Virus record (IMG/VR): IMGVR_UViG_3300048839_001022 | Span: 1-36,593 of that record | DNA: 36,593 nt | Strand: one strand, 5' to 3' | Source: a virus | Lineage: Duplodnaviria > Caudoviricetes | Shown: positions 23,957-35,854 of the stretch, one piece after another | Numbering within the stretch: position 1 is the stretch's first letter | Layout of the letters: each line of letters begins with the position of its first letter | The notes under the pieces: model-generated | The model's input: only the letters and a program-made list of their open reading frames with translations | The model's database searches: none | Told to the model about the DNA's origin: nothing | Program-made: the position numbers and the translations under genes

Positions 23957-24892
23957 ATGGAAACAAAAAACAATGCGCTGGCGACACTTGAAAAAGGCTC
24001 GATTGAATATCTCATGAGCATGGCTGCTGTGCCTAAAAATCAGATCAGACGTGAGATGGATCGCAATTATTTGACGCTGCTCAAGAATTCAAATCCTCAT
24101 CTTGATGATATTTATTTTATCGACTTCATTCATAAATGTCAGATCACGGGAGCCGATCCACGATTGAACCAGATCTATCTCATCTCGCATAAATCTTGGA
24201 ATAAAGATCTAGGGCAACATGAGTATAAGGGCACTGTGATTTTCGCGTATTTGTTTTTTGTTCAAATGGCGCAAAGAACGGGTCAGTTAGAAGATTGGGG
24301 AGTGGAGTGTGTGGACGATACATACACTGATATCACTACCGGAAAAAAAAAGCCGTCTTACACTTCGACATGTTGGGTAAAGCGAAAGGGGCAAGCCAAA
24401 GTTACTTATACCGCCTATTTTTGGGAACTTGCAAAAACATATAATGGTAATCCAACAGCCACATGGGCAAATAGTCCAAAACTTATGCTTAATAAGTGTG
24501 CAGTAGCTAATGCATTCCGTTGGGCATTCCCCGAGACTTTGGGTTCATTTTACATTCAAGATGAAATTAAAGATGCTATCGATGTTGAATTCACCCCGAT
24601 GGAACCTACTGCAAAGCCAGCTCCGCAACCAGCCGAGCAGGTGCAACAAGTCCAGCAAATCGAACAGACTGCACAGCAATTGGATAAAGAGACAATTGAA
24701 GCCGAGACATTCACTCCTGAGCGAGACATTGAAGATCTGAGAGGTGAGCTTATTGAATTTCTTGGCAATGCCAGCCCTGAGTTTTTTGGAAAGCTTGGCA
24801 AAGACAAAGTCTCAATGCTCGATAAGGTAGTGAATACTAGAACCTACAGCAGCATGAAGACTATCTATGAAATTTGTCTGGCGGTGAAATGA
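23957..24892 (+). CDS. bet: Red-beta/RecT-like single-strand annealing protein
   Basis: CQITGADP..NQIYLI, W...PKLMLNKCAVANAFRWAFP...Y..DE. Confidence 0.82.
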   Translation: METKNNALATLEKGSIEYLMSMAAVPKNQIRREMDRNYLTLLKNSNPHLDDIYFIDFIHKCQITGADPRLNQIYLISHKSWNKDLGQHEYKGTVIFAYLFFVQMAQRTGQLEDWGVECVDDTYTDITTGKKKPSYTSTCWVKRKGQAKVTYTAYFWELAKTYNGNPTATWANSPKLMLNKCAVANAFRWAFPETLGSFYIQDEIKDAIDVEFTPMEPTAKPAPQPAEQVQQVQQIEQTAQQLDKETIEAETFTPERDIEDLRGELIEFLGNASPEFFGKLGKDKVSMLDKVVNTRTYSSMKTIYEICLAVK

Positions 24893-25077
24893 TGAAAGCA
24901 AAACTAATAATTGATATGCCTGAAAAATGCGACCATTGCCGTTTTTTTTGTCAATTTGAGGATGGAGAAGATTTTTGCTGTGCGCTTTCTTTTTTGAAAT
25001 ATTTTACTGATGATGAAATTGACTACGTTGGATCAAAAAGAGCCGATTGGTGCCCGCTTGAGGAGATGCCAGAATGA
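24889..25077 (+). CDS. small Cys-rich hypothetical phage protein
   Basis: DMPEKCDHCRF...RADWCPL. Confidence 0.7.
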   Translation: MMKAKLIIDMPEKCDHCRFFCQFEDGEDFCCALSFLKYFTDDEIDYVGSKRADWCPLEEMPE

Positions 25078-25526
25078 ACTACCGAGGCAACAACCAACAA
25101 TGTGACATCTGCTGCGGTAGGACCAAGTGTTCCTACTGCGGCAATGTCCCTCGGGAGATCCCCAAGAGGAAGTTCTCGACAATTCGCTGGTCGAAGCATC
25201 ACGAATTTTACGAGTTGAAATTTGAAAGCAAGTCAATGGAATTAGACTGTGTCAATAACGAGTTTAATCCCATAGTCTCATCGTTAGTCATGCGTGATAT
25301 CGATGTTGAAAGCGAAGAGTTTAAAGAGATCATCAATTTGACCACTGTAAGGACGTCTCATGATGCTCATCTTTTTTTGGGCTGTACCGAGACATTCAAA
25401 GAATTTTTCAAACTTGATGAAAGTGACCTGCTTTTAACAACAGGCATTATTGTGACTGGTTTTAAGTATGGGGAATCTTCAATTCAAAAAATAATTGTCG
25501 GCATTGCGAGAGGGAAAGTCGAATGA
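25074..25526 (+). CDS. hypothetical protein with N-terminal Zn-finger-like motif
   Basis: CDICC...CSYCG; ATGA-coupled on both sides. Confidence 0.65.
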   Translation: MNYRGNNQQCDICCGRTKCSYCGNVPREIPKRKFSTIRWSKHHEFYELKFESKSMELDCVNNEFNPIVSSLVMRDIDVESEEFKEIINLTTVRTSHDAHLFLGCTETFKEFFKLDESDLLLTTGIIVTGFKYGESSIQKIIVGIARGKVE

Positions 25527-25741
25527 AACAAATCAAAGATGCGCTGAGGAAAATAGATCACCCAGTTGAATTAGAGGCGCTGTCTCGTGCTTGGATAGAA
25601 ATCACCTTGGAGCGAAATGATTACAACAGGTCACGGTCATGCATCGATTTAGGGATCTCACTAGCGAAGATGAGAGCCTATATCATCCAAGGAAAAATTA
25701 CCGTGAAAGACTCTCCGGCTGGGAAAAGGGCGAAGGGTTAA
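25523..25741 (+). CDS. Fis-type HTH protein
   Basis: WIEITLERNDYNRSRSCIDLGISLAKMRAYI matches the Fis/NtrC HTH pattern. Confidence 0.6.
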   Translation: MKQIKDALRKIDHPVELEALSRAWIEITLERNDYNRSRSCIDLGISLAKMRAYIIQGKITVKDSPAGKRAKG

Positions 25742-26079
25742 CCTTCGCTGTCTTCTTGGAATGGATCTTCAGCTTCAACTTCTTCTTGAGCTTCAACGTC
25801 TTTTTTCTTACGCCCTCTTGACACGTAATACTTGCGCTCATAGTCTCTTGCAAAATCTTCTTTTGCACAGCAACAAAGCTCGCCTTTGGCTCCCCGGATG
25901 ATCCAATCGCCTTTTTTGCATACAACGTCACCCTCTAATGTCGCAATTGAAATATCATCATTTTGCAGATCACAGGAATTCCATGTGATACGAGAGTCAT
26001 ACTTAAGACAGTCAATTGTCACACCCTCATACTGAATTGCTTCAACAGCTACAGGCTTCTTCACATATCTTTCAAACAT
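25738..26079 (-). CDS. conserved phage hypothetical protein (PGDYG-like)
   Basis: YVKKPVAVEAIQY...IATLEG...GDWIIRG.KGE. Confidence 0.75.
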   Translation of the reverse strand: MFERYVKKPVAVEAIQYEGVTIDCLKYDSRITWNSCDLQNDDISIATLEGDVVCKKGDWIIRGAKGELCCCAKEDFARDYERKYYVSRGRKKKDVEAQEEVEAEDPFQEDSEG

Positions 26080-26084
26080 AATTA

Positions 26085-26126
26085 CCCCTTCAATTGTTAA
26101 TAGTGCAATGAAGGGGAATAATGGCA
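26085..26126 (-). promoter_or_regulatory. extended -10-like site plus anti-SD hairpin
   Basis: TGCCATTAT then CCCCTTCA...TGAAGGGG covering the SD. Confidence 0.5.
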
Positions 26127-26134
26127 GGAATTAC

Positions 26135-26485
26135 TCAGAATTTCAAGGATAATAGGAGCTTGATGATTGCGAATGGATTGCCTGTTTTGATAACTGCGAT
26201 CCCTTGAATGAACGCTTTACCGATCTCAGCAATTGTCGAAAGATCAAAAGAAGATTTAACCGGGACGATCTCTCCAGTTTCAGCATCAGGTGTTTCAGAC
26301 TTGATTGCGTCGATCACATCAATTACAGCTTGCCCTACATTTTGGAATACAGTGATCGCTTCGATTGCATCAATGTCTTTCGCCTGTGCTGTGATCACTT
26401 CCAGATCAATTGAAGATAATGAAAGTGCGGTGCCTTTGAGGACATCAATCAGCTTATTGATTTCGTCGATACCTAAATTTGACAT
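26135..26485 (-). CDS. hypothetical helical protein
   Basis: 116 aa, SD GGAG; no family recognised. Confidence 0.65.
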   Translation of the reverse strand: MSNLGIDEINKLIDVLKGTALSLSSIDLEVITAQAKDIDAIEAITVFQNVGQAVIDVIDAIKSETPDAETGEIVPVKSSFDLSTIAEIGKAFIQGIAVIKTGNPFAIIKLLLSLKF

Positions 26486-26486
26486 A

Positions 26487-26693
26487 TTAAAATCTCTCCT
26501 TCTTCAATAGCTCGTTAATAAAAGCGGTGTTGACCGCAAGGTTTTTATCTATGTCAGCCAGCTTGAAATTAATGGACTCTATTTTTTTCATAACGTTCTG
26601 AAAGCATTTAAAAAAGAATCCCGACACCGCACCAATTCCCGCTAATGCGCTACCGCATATTGTTACGAGTTCGTGGAATGTAATATCAATCAT
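26487..26693 (-). CDS. small membrane protein, holin candidate
   Basis: One N-terminal hydrophobic helix plus coiled-coil C-terminus. Confidence 0.5.
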   Translation of the reverse strand: MIDITFHELVTICGSALAGIGAVSGFFFKCFQNVMKKIESINFKLADIDKNLAVNTAFINELLKKERF

Positions 26694-26735
26694 TTATATC
26701 ATCCCCTCATTTTTCGGCATGAAGCAATGATATAA
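26694..26735 (-). promoter_or_regulatory. anti-SD hairpin of the holin candidate
   Basis: TTATATCAT-TGCTTCAT-GCCGAAAA-ATGAGGGG-ATGATATAA directly before the ATG. Confidence 0.55.
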
Positions 26736-26744
26736 CATTAGCCA

Positions 26745-26894
26745 CTATCGCCACAAGGATTTATGCCCCGAATTCCTGTTGGCATAAAATGATCTTCTTT
26801 GAATTATTAGAAGCGTGAATATTGCTGATATGAGACATGCTGGAATGGATATTGCGACAATAATGAAAAGGATAACGGCAGGTGGCATTATCAT
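26745..26894 (-). CDS. small membrane protein (49 aa, below ORF-track cutoff)
   Basis: SD AAGGAG; MIMPPAVILFIIVAISIPACLISAIFTLLIIQRR... Confidence 0.55.
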   Translation of the reverse strand: MIMPPAVILFIIVAISIPACLISAIFTLLIIQRRSFYANRNSGHKSLWR

Positions 26895-26895
26895 T

Positions 26896-27765
26896 TTACT
26901 CCTTCTGCTTCATGTACTCGATATAAGCTTGCAACTGTTCGGCTTCCGATAACTGCTTAGTTTGAGATACTAAGTGCCTGACTTTTGATCGAGTCACCAA
27001 AGCATGCTTGATACCTAATTTTTGTAGTTCGTCGGAATACACGTTATCAGAATACCAGAAATTCACGGTCTGACAAAGCTTCATCCCTTTTTCGTAGAAA
27101 ATAGATCGTCTAGCGACAAGGCACCAACCACACACTTCGGCACCGATCCTGTAACCTTCAATCATGTCTACATCGGGTATTCCACCGTACACCCGGCTAT
27201 GCCACTCCCATTGATCATTCCACGGAGAAAAAGACTCCATGTCCTTGCGCATGTTATGAGCGATCACAATCTCCTGCATCCAACCCGGCTCAAAAATCAA
27301 ATCATTGTTGGCAAAGACTACCCATTTGTTTAAACTCGCAATTAACCCCAGATTAAGAGCCCGGTTATAACAAAAAACGTCATTACCGTAACGAATAGTT
27401 TTTTCCTGACCGCACTCTTTAATCTCGGGGCCTGACTCCACGACAATGACATTAAATTTTATTTTCTTTTCTGACGCTCTTAAACTATCAATGCAATTTT
27501 TCAAAAGTAGGAAATGTTTTTCGTCTTCTGTCTTTGAGACAATAATGACGTCTACTGTTATTTTTGTTATCAAGAATTTCTCTATTTTCCCCCTGTCAGG
27601 ATACCAAGTTTGATCCGTTGGAACTTTCATCAAATCATCACCGCTTGTCTGCATCCGCTGTAACACCCTTCTATTGTTTTCTCGAATTATTTTTGATGTA
27701 TCCTGCACAAATAACCTCTTATTTGCTATGATTGATTTAGCAAATCTGTTATTATTGCCGTTCAA
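26896..27765 (-). CDS. GT2 glycosyltransferase (start uncertain)
   Basis: VDVIIVS, NVIVVES, FCYNRALNLG, VFANNDLIF, FWYSDN, VRHL. Confidence 0.85.
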   Translation of the reverse strand: MNGNNNRFAKSIIANKRLFVQDTSKIIRENNRRVLQRMQTSGDDLMKVPTDQTWYPDRGKIEKFLITKITVDVIIVSKTEDEKHFLLLKNCIDSLRASEKKIKFNVIVVESGPEIKECGQEKTIRYGNDVFCYNRALNLGLIASLNKWVVFANNDLIFEPGWMQEIVIAHNMRKDMESFSPWNDQWEWHSRVYGGIPDVDMIEGYRIGAEVCGWCLVARRSIFYEKGMKLCQTVNFWYSDNVYSDELQKLGIKHALVTRSKVRHLVSQTKQLSEAEQLQAYIEYMKQKE

Positions 27766-27771
27766 AATTGA

Positions 27772-27866
27772 GCTTGACTATTTCCGTCACAATACCACGT
27801 TTAATCTCGTCACACAACACGTCTATATCTGCAAAATAAACACTTCTAATCGGAAATAGATCAAGC
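27772..27866. repeat. 15-bp inverted repeat enclosing two imperfect 22-23-bp direct repeats
   Basis: GCTTGACTATTTCCG / CGGAAATAG(A)TCAAGC; CGTCACA..CACGT..ATCT twice. Confidence 0.65.
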
Positions 27867-27871
27867 CACAA

Positions 27872-28471
27872 TTATCCAGCTCTAACTGCTCTGATATATG
27901 TACAAGCTTCATTACCTGAGATCCCGTTTATAATGTTTGAATCATTTTTATAAACAGTGACTGACCCAATGTTTGAGGATACAGAACATGCAAAACTTAA
28001 CTTAAAAGTTTTCGGATTATTTTTTACAATGATCCTCTTTTTACCGTAAAGCTGTGTGATAACTTCAGCAGCTCCGTTGGGTGCCGAAATTGAGATAACT
28101 GACTCTGTCCCCTGCTCTGGTTTATCTTTATCATCAGTTATTCTCAATCTGCCGCCCACAGCTGAAACTCCACTTGATCTTGACGCAGCTACCGAAGCTG
28201 AATACTCCACGTCCCAAATGCCAATATCAAATGGAAGCAAACAGCCGGGAATATCGATCTCTTTACCTGCTGTCACAGTTTTTGCCTCAGAAGTGCTGTA
28301 TGCGATCACTTCCTCACCGATAACTTTTTCCGGGATCGGTTTGCCGTCTGTTCTGCCGGGGATGCCTTCGGCTGGGACTAACCCATCCGCTTCGCCCGGC
28401 TTTACTTTTTCGGGTTTCACCGTATCATCTTTATTTTTTTTATTCTTAACACCGATATCTACTATTGCCAT
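27872..28471 (-). CDS. stand-alone fibre-tip (beta-sandwich) protein, paralogous to the C-terminus of the collagen fibre
   Basis: GIPGRTDG...IGE...IRAVRA versus GIVGKTDG...IGE...ITAERIA. Confidence 0.6.
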   Translation of the reverse strand: MAIVDIGVKNKKNKDDTVKPEKVKPGEADGLVPAEGIPGRTDGKPIPEKVIGEEVIAYSTSEAKTVTAGKEIDIPGCLLPFDIGIWDVEYSASVAASRSSGVSAVGGRLRITDDKDKPEQGTESVISISAPNGAAEVITQLYGKKRIIVKNNPKTFKLSFACSVSSNIGSVTVYKNDSNIINGISGNEACTYIRAVRAG

Positions 28472-28588
28472 ATGGTTTTCCCTTTTTTCTCATTATCTGA
28501 TAAAAACATGTGAGTCCTTTCTTAATTGTTATTCCTTTTAAATTGGGCCGAGGAGGCTGATGCAGAATGAATTTGATAGTTTCATGGC

Positions 28589-29557
28589 TTACCCTATCGT
28601 ATATGATGCAGTGTGCGCTAAAAAACCACCGTTCCCAGAACCCGCAAAAGAGGAGCCATTCCACTGTTGAAATATTTCAGCTGAACCGTCATAAAAAAGC
28701 ACTATTCTACCGGGACGGTCTGGATACACAGTTGACTCATAAGTTGGTACTAACCACTGAACCCCTCCACTTGCTGGCCTAATTGCTGCGGGAAACCCGT
28801 TTGCAGCTGGTATCACTACAGTTTGTGATTTATTTGTCGCAAAGATTGCTTCATTCATAACAATAGTGACTTGTTTTCCAATGCGAACATATCGTCCAGT
28901 CAGATTTTGTGTCGTGGCAGTCCATGGCCCTTGAGATATTACCGAGAATGTTCCTTCTTCGTAGTGATTCAAGGTACTCTGCCCTGCCGCATCATCGAGC
29001 TTGAGACCATCATTATACGTCTTAACCCCAGCAAAAGTCTGCGCTTCTGTGCTAACCAAACCAGCCGCACTAGCACTAGCCGGACCAATCCAAACGTCAA
29101 CCGCCGTCACGCCTTCCATGTTCGCTGCTGTGGTGTATGTTGTGGGTTCGGCGTTTAGTTCAACATCTCCTGAAAACGCATAATAATCAGTCGTCCCAGA
29201 AGCATGTTGATAAGATACATTCCCGGTATTGGCCGTGGTATATGCCTGAGAAAACAGAGGACCGCCACCAGAAAATGCTACGACCGATTGGTCGGCTGTA
29301 GCTTTGAAAACTACATCCGCAATAGTCATTGTTGCAGATGTTCTGCTCCCGGATGCTACAGTATAACGTACGTTGAATTTCATTCTCCAAACGCCCGAGC
29401 TATCTGCATAAAATACCGCTACAGCTCTAGTAACCGCAGATACGGTTGGATTGCTTGTGACTGCTGAACTTAGGTCTAATTGTTTCGTCCTCTTCGTCGC
29501 AGCTGAGTAAGGGACGAGAACGTTATTGTTGCGGATACCGATTATGTTTGAAGGCAT
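28589..29557 (-). CDS. tail fibre / receptor-binding protein
   Basis: AGLVSTEAQTFAGVKT, LNHYEEGTF, GRYVRIGKQV, FPAAIRP fibre motifs. Confidence 0.75.
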   Translation of the reverse strand: MPSNIIGIRNNNVLVPYSAATKRTKQLDLSSAVTSNPTVSAVTRAVAVFYADSSGVWRMKFNVRYTVASGSRTSATMTIADVVFKATADQSVVAFSGGGPLFSQAYTTANTGNVSYQHASGTTDYYAFSGDVELNAEPTTYTTAANMEGVTAVDVWIGPASASAAGLVSTEAQTFAGVKTYNDGLKLDDAAGQSTLNHYEEGTFSVISQGPWTATTQNLTGRYVRIGKQVTIVMNEAIFATNKSQTVVIPAANGFPAAIRPASGGVQWLVPTYESTVYPDRPGRIVLFYDGSAEIFQQWNGSSFAGSGNGGFLAHTASYTIG

Positions 29558-29569
29558 GGTTACTCCTTG

Positions 29570-32922
<3,353 letters not shown>

Positions 32923-32934
32923 GACATCCCTTTA

Positions 32935-33612
32935 TTATGCGGTGTAATTTTTTAATAAATCCCACTTATCCCCAGAGGATCTAATTACTATAGCGCCCCA
33001 TTGAGCAAGGTTTGTTGTGGCATTGCCAGCAATTGTTGACCCACCATTAACAACAATAGAGCATGTTCCTGAGTTGATATTCTTAATGACGATCTCTCGC
33101 CCTTTGTTTGCTTCTGATGGTGTGGGCACGGTTATTGTTATTGCTGTAGCTTTATTCGCAAAAACAGCATGGATATCATAAGCTACAGAATAATTATCCT
33201 CCGGTGATATGACTCGATTTTCTAAAACTAGCTTCCATTTTGTTGTGTCGCTCAAAGCATTATTTAAATTATCGTCGGCAACAGACATGAATACTCTACC
33301 ATCAGATTCTTTGATAAATGAACCGATATAATATGTTTTAGCAGAATCCCATTCAGAAATACCTTCCTCAGCTAAATAAACTAATTGCGAAGTAAGCACA
33401 TAAAATAAAGTATTTAAATCTTGTATCATCGGACAATTATTTACATCTACCGCTGATGAAAATCCATCATTCCATGCATCCCTAGATTGTAGATCATCGA
33501 TATTTTCAGAATAAGTAGGATCAGATTCAGCATATGACCCAAATTCTGACAACACTCCTGTAGCCCCTACACTTGCAAATATTTTTGTTCTTTTTTGAAT
33601 CAACCTTGCCAT
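32935..33612 (-). CDS. baseplate-anchored short fibre protein, paralogue 3
   Basis: MARLIQK..KIFA...EFGS...GISEW...YYIG...DDNLNNALSD..KW anchor; start ATG 33612. Confidence 0.72.
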   Translation of the reverse strand: MARLIQKRTKIFASVGATGVLSEFGSYAESDPTYSENIDDLQSRDAWNDGFSSAVDVNNCPMIQDLNTLFYVLTSQLVYLAEEGISEWDSAKTYYIGSFIKESDGRVFMSVADDNLNNALSDTTKWKLVLENRVISPEDNYSVAYDIHAVFANKATAITITVPTPSEANKGREIVIKNINSGTCSIVVNGGSTIAGNATTNLAQWGAIVIRSSGDKWDLLKNYTA

Positions 33613-33626
33613 AAAAAATCCTTTAC

Positions 33627-34370
33627 TTAAGCTGGAGAAAGATTGTCGATAAGATGCCAAGACGAACCACTACAAATAAAATGAGCATGAGCGCCAGACT
33701 TTGGTAAGGTTATAAATGCATTGCCATCTATGGTTGATGAATCTTTAACATACACTCTAACAACTCTTAGTGTTGGAGGAGAATACCATCTATTTGAAAC
33801 GATAACCGTTCTACCTTTTAACCCGTTAGATGCTGTCGGCAAATAAACAGATATAGGAGAAGAAGAATGTGTATAAACTGTATAAAAATAATCATCATAA
33901 CTTATATCTGTTGAAATGCCTCCTGCTCCAGTAACGTAGGCTGTTATAATATTTGTTTTGATGCATCTCCATTTGGTCAAGTCAGATAGTTGATTATTTA
34001 AATTATCATTTGTTAATGATTCAAAAATAGCTACACCACGTCTATAATCACTCCATACATATTTAAGTACTAAAGAACCCTCATAATATGTCACCAAGCT
34101 TGACCATTCAGTTAGGCCTTGTTGTTGCAAATAAGAAATTTGTCTAGTTATTACATAAAGCAAAGAGTTGATATCTTGCACAGCAGGATTATAATTGTTA
34201 ATTAATGCAGATTGCAAACCATCTACCCATGCCGTCCTTGATTGAATTTCAGCAGGATCATCTGAATAAGCTATTGAACCATCTTTGAGAGATCCAAACT
34301 CTGCCAAAATATTATTAGCCGGCACATCACCAGCAAAAATTCTTTGATATTTTTTTGTTATCTTAGCCAT
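33627..34370 (-). CDS. baseplate-anchored short fibre protein, paralogue 2
   Basis: Same N-terminal anchor; divergent C-terminus. Confidence 0.72.
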   Translation of the reverse strand: MAKITKKYQRIFAGDVPANNILAEFGSLKDGSIAYSDDPAEIQSRTAWVDGLQSALINNYNPAVQDINSLLYVITRQISYLQQQGLTEWSSLVTYYEGSLVLKYVWSDYRRGVAIFESLTNDNLNNQLSDLTKWRCIKTNIITAYVTGAGGISTDISYDDYFYTVYTHSSSPISVYLPTASNGLKGRTVIVSNRWYSPPTLRVVRVYVKDSSTIDGNAFITLPKSGAHAHFICSGSSWHLIDNLSPA

Positions 34371-34384
34371 TCAAATTTCCTTTG

Positions 34385-35104
34385 TTATGCATAAGGTGAT
34401 GCAAAACTGCCCAAAACAATTTTCCATCTTCCTGAAAATGAATTATCAGCTATGAATGTCAATGATTGATATATATTAGTTAGGGTAGCCACAAGAATAG
34501 CATCACCCGTATATATTTTAACATCAAATGATGCGGCAGTAGGAACCTCACTCATAACTGAAATTTTTCTTCCAACATAGTCAAGACCAGAAGATCCTGA
34601 ACTTAACGGCAATTTTATTATAATGTCCTCGCTTGGAGCTGCGTTAACAACCCTTATATGTTCTTCATCATACGCTACAACATGCTCATACCCCGTAACT
34701 GTAACCGTTTTACCGTTACAAAATAATTTCCATTTAGCTGTATCACTCAAAGCATTGTTTTGGTTATCATCGACTAATGACATAAAGATAATGCCATTCT
34801 CTTGCGCTAAACAACCTATATAATAAATGGTATTTTCATCCCATTCTGGTATCCCTGTTTGTTGAAAATATGCAACTTGTCTTGTCATGATATTAAACAA
34901 AGCATCAAACTCTTGAATCGCAGGTGGAGCCTGATTAATCAAAGCTGATCCCAAGCCAGAACCAAAATATGTTAATGCCTGAATAACATCTGGATCATCT
35001 GAGTATGTAGGATTCCCAGCTTTCAATGAGCCGAATTGAGCGAGTTTTCCATCGGCTGCAACATTGGCGAAAATCTTTTGTAATTTATAAGGTAAACGAG
35101 CCAT
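34385..35104 (-). CDS. baseplate-anchored short fibre protein, paralogue 1
   Basis: Same N-terminal anchor; directly after the DUF2612 gene. Confidence 0.72.
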   Translation of the reverse strand: MARLPYKLQKIFANVAADGKLAQFGSLKAGNPTYSDDPDVIQALTYFGSGLGSALINQAPPAIQEFDALFNIMTRQVAYFQQTGIPEWDENTIYYIGCLAQENGIIFMSLVDDNQNNALSDTAKWKLFCNGKTVTVTGYEHVVAYDEEHIRVVNAAPSEDIIIKLPLSSGSSGLDYVGRKISVMSEVPTAASFDVKIYTGDAILVATLTNIYQSLTFIADNSFSGRWKIVLGSFASPYA

Positions 35105-35105
35105 T

Positions 35106-35852
35106 TTATATCCCCATTGTATAATCTAAAAATTCGGCTGTTGACGTATCGCCTTCATAATCTGAAAACCCATCTGTAGCTAAATAAGATGTCTCATAAT
35201 CACCCCATACCCAAACGTTGAGAGGATCAATTACTGAAAATACATTTTTGATACCAACTCCCATTGGTTTTGGCAATAAATCGGCAAGATACCCAGTTGT
35301 TACAATAAAGACAGTATAAGACTCATTGCTGATAAAATAAGTTATTGTCATGTCTAAATTGTCAAACATGATAATCTTGTCATCAAAGAATTGCTTCAAA
35401 GAATCCGTTATTTCATAGTAAGTATTTTTTGACAAATTCAAGAAAAGTTTAAGCTTTAAAAGAAATCTGTAATCATCATCATTCAATGATGATTCTCCTG
35501 ATGTTGCATTGATATAACTATAAAAATATATCCCTAAATTGACAGTTGAATCATTATAGTCAGTAAGACCATATGTTGTACCAGCTAAAAATTCTTGATC
35601 ATCAAATTTTAAATATGTCCTCCTAATTGGTACAGATAGAACCCTTGATAACCCTATGTATTCTCCCAATACATCAAGTTGTTTTCCAATAGCGGTTTCA
35701 ATGTTAAACGCTTGATCCAAGTCTTTTGCGACGAGATCGCAAATGGCAACATCGACTAAAGCCGCGATAGTAGCTTTAGCCTTCGGTTGATTGATATATT
35801 GATATAAAAGGAGTTCGACATAATAATTTTTGGTATCTTCTAATTCTGTCAT
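35106..35852 (-). CDS. baseplate wedge protein (DUF2612-like)
   Basis: LLLYQY..QPKAKATI, FNIETAIGKQLDVLGEYIGLSR, LNDDDYR..LK.K, LLPKPMGV. Confidence 0.85.
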   Translation of the reverse strand: MTELEDTKNYYVELLLYQYINQPKAKATIAALVDVAICDLVAKDLDQAFNIETAIGKQLDVLGEYIGLSRVLSVPIRRTYLKFDDQEFLAGTTYGLTDYNDSTVNLGIYFYSYINATSGESSLNDDDYRFLLKLKLFLNLSKNTYYEITDSLKQFFDDKIIMFDNLDMTITYFISNESYTVFIVTTGYLADLLPKPMGVGIKNVFSVIDPLNVWVWGDYETSYLATDGFSDYEGDTSTAEFLDYTMGI

Positions 35853-35854
35853 AG

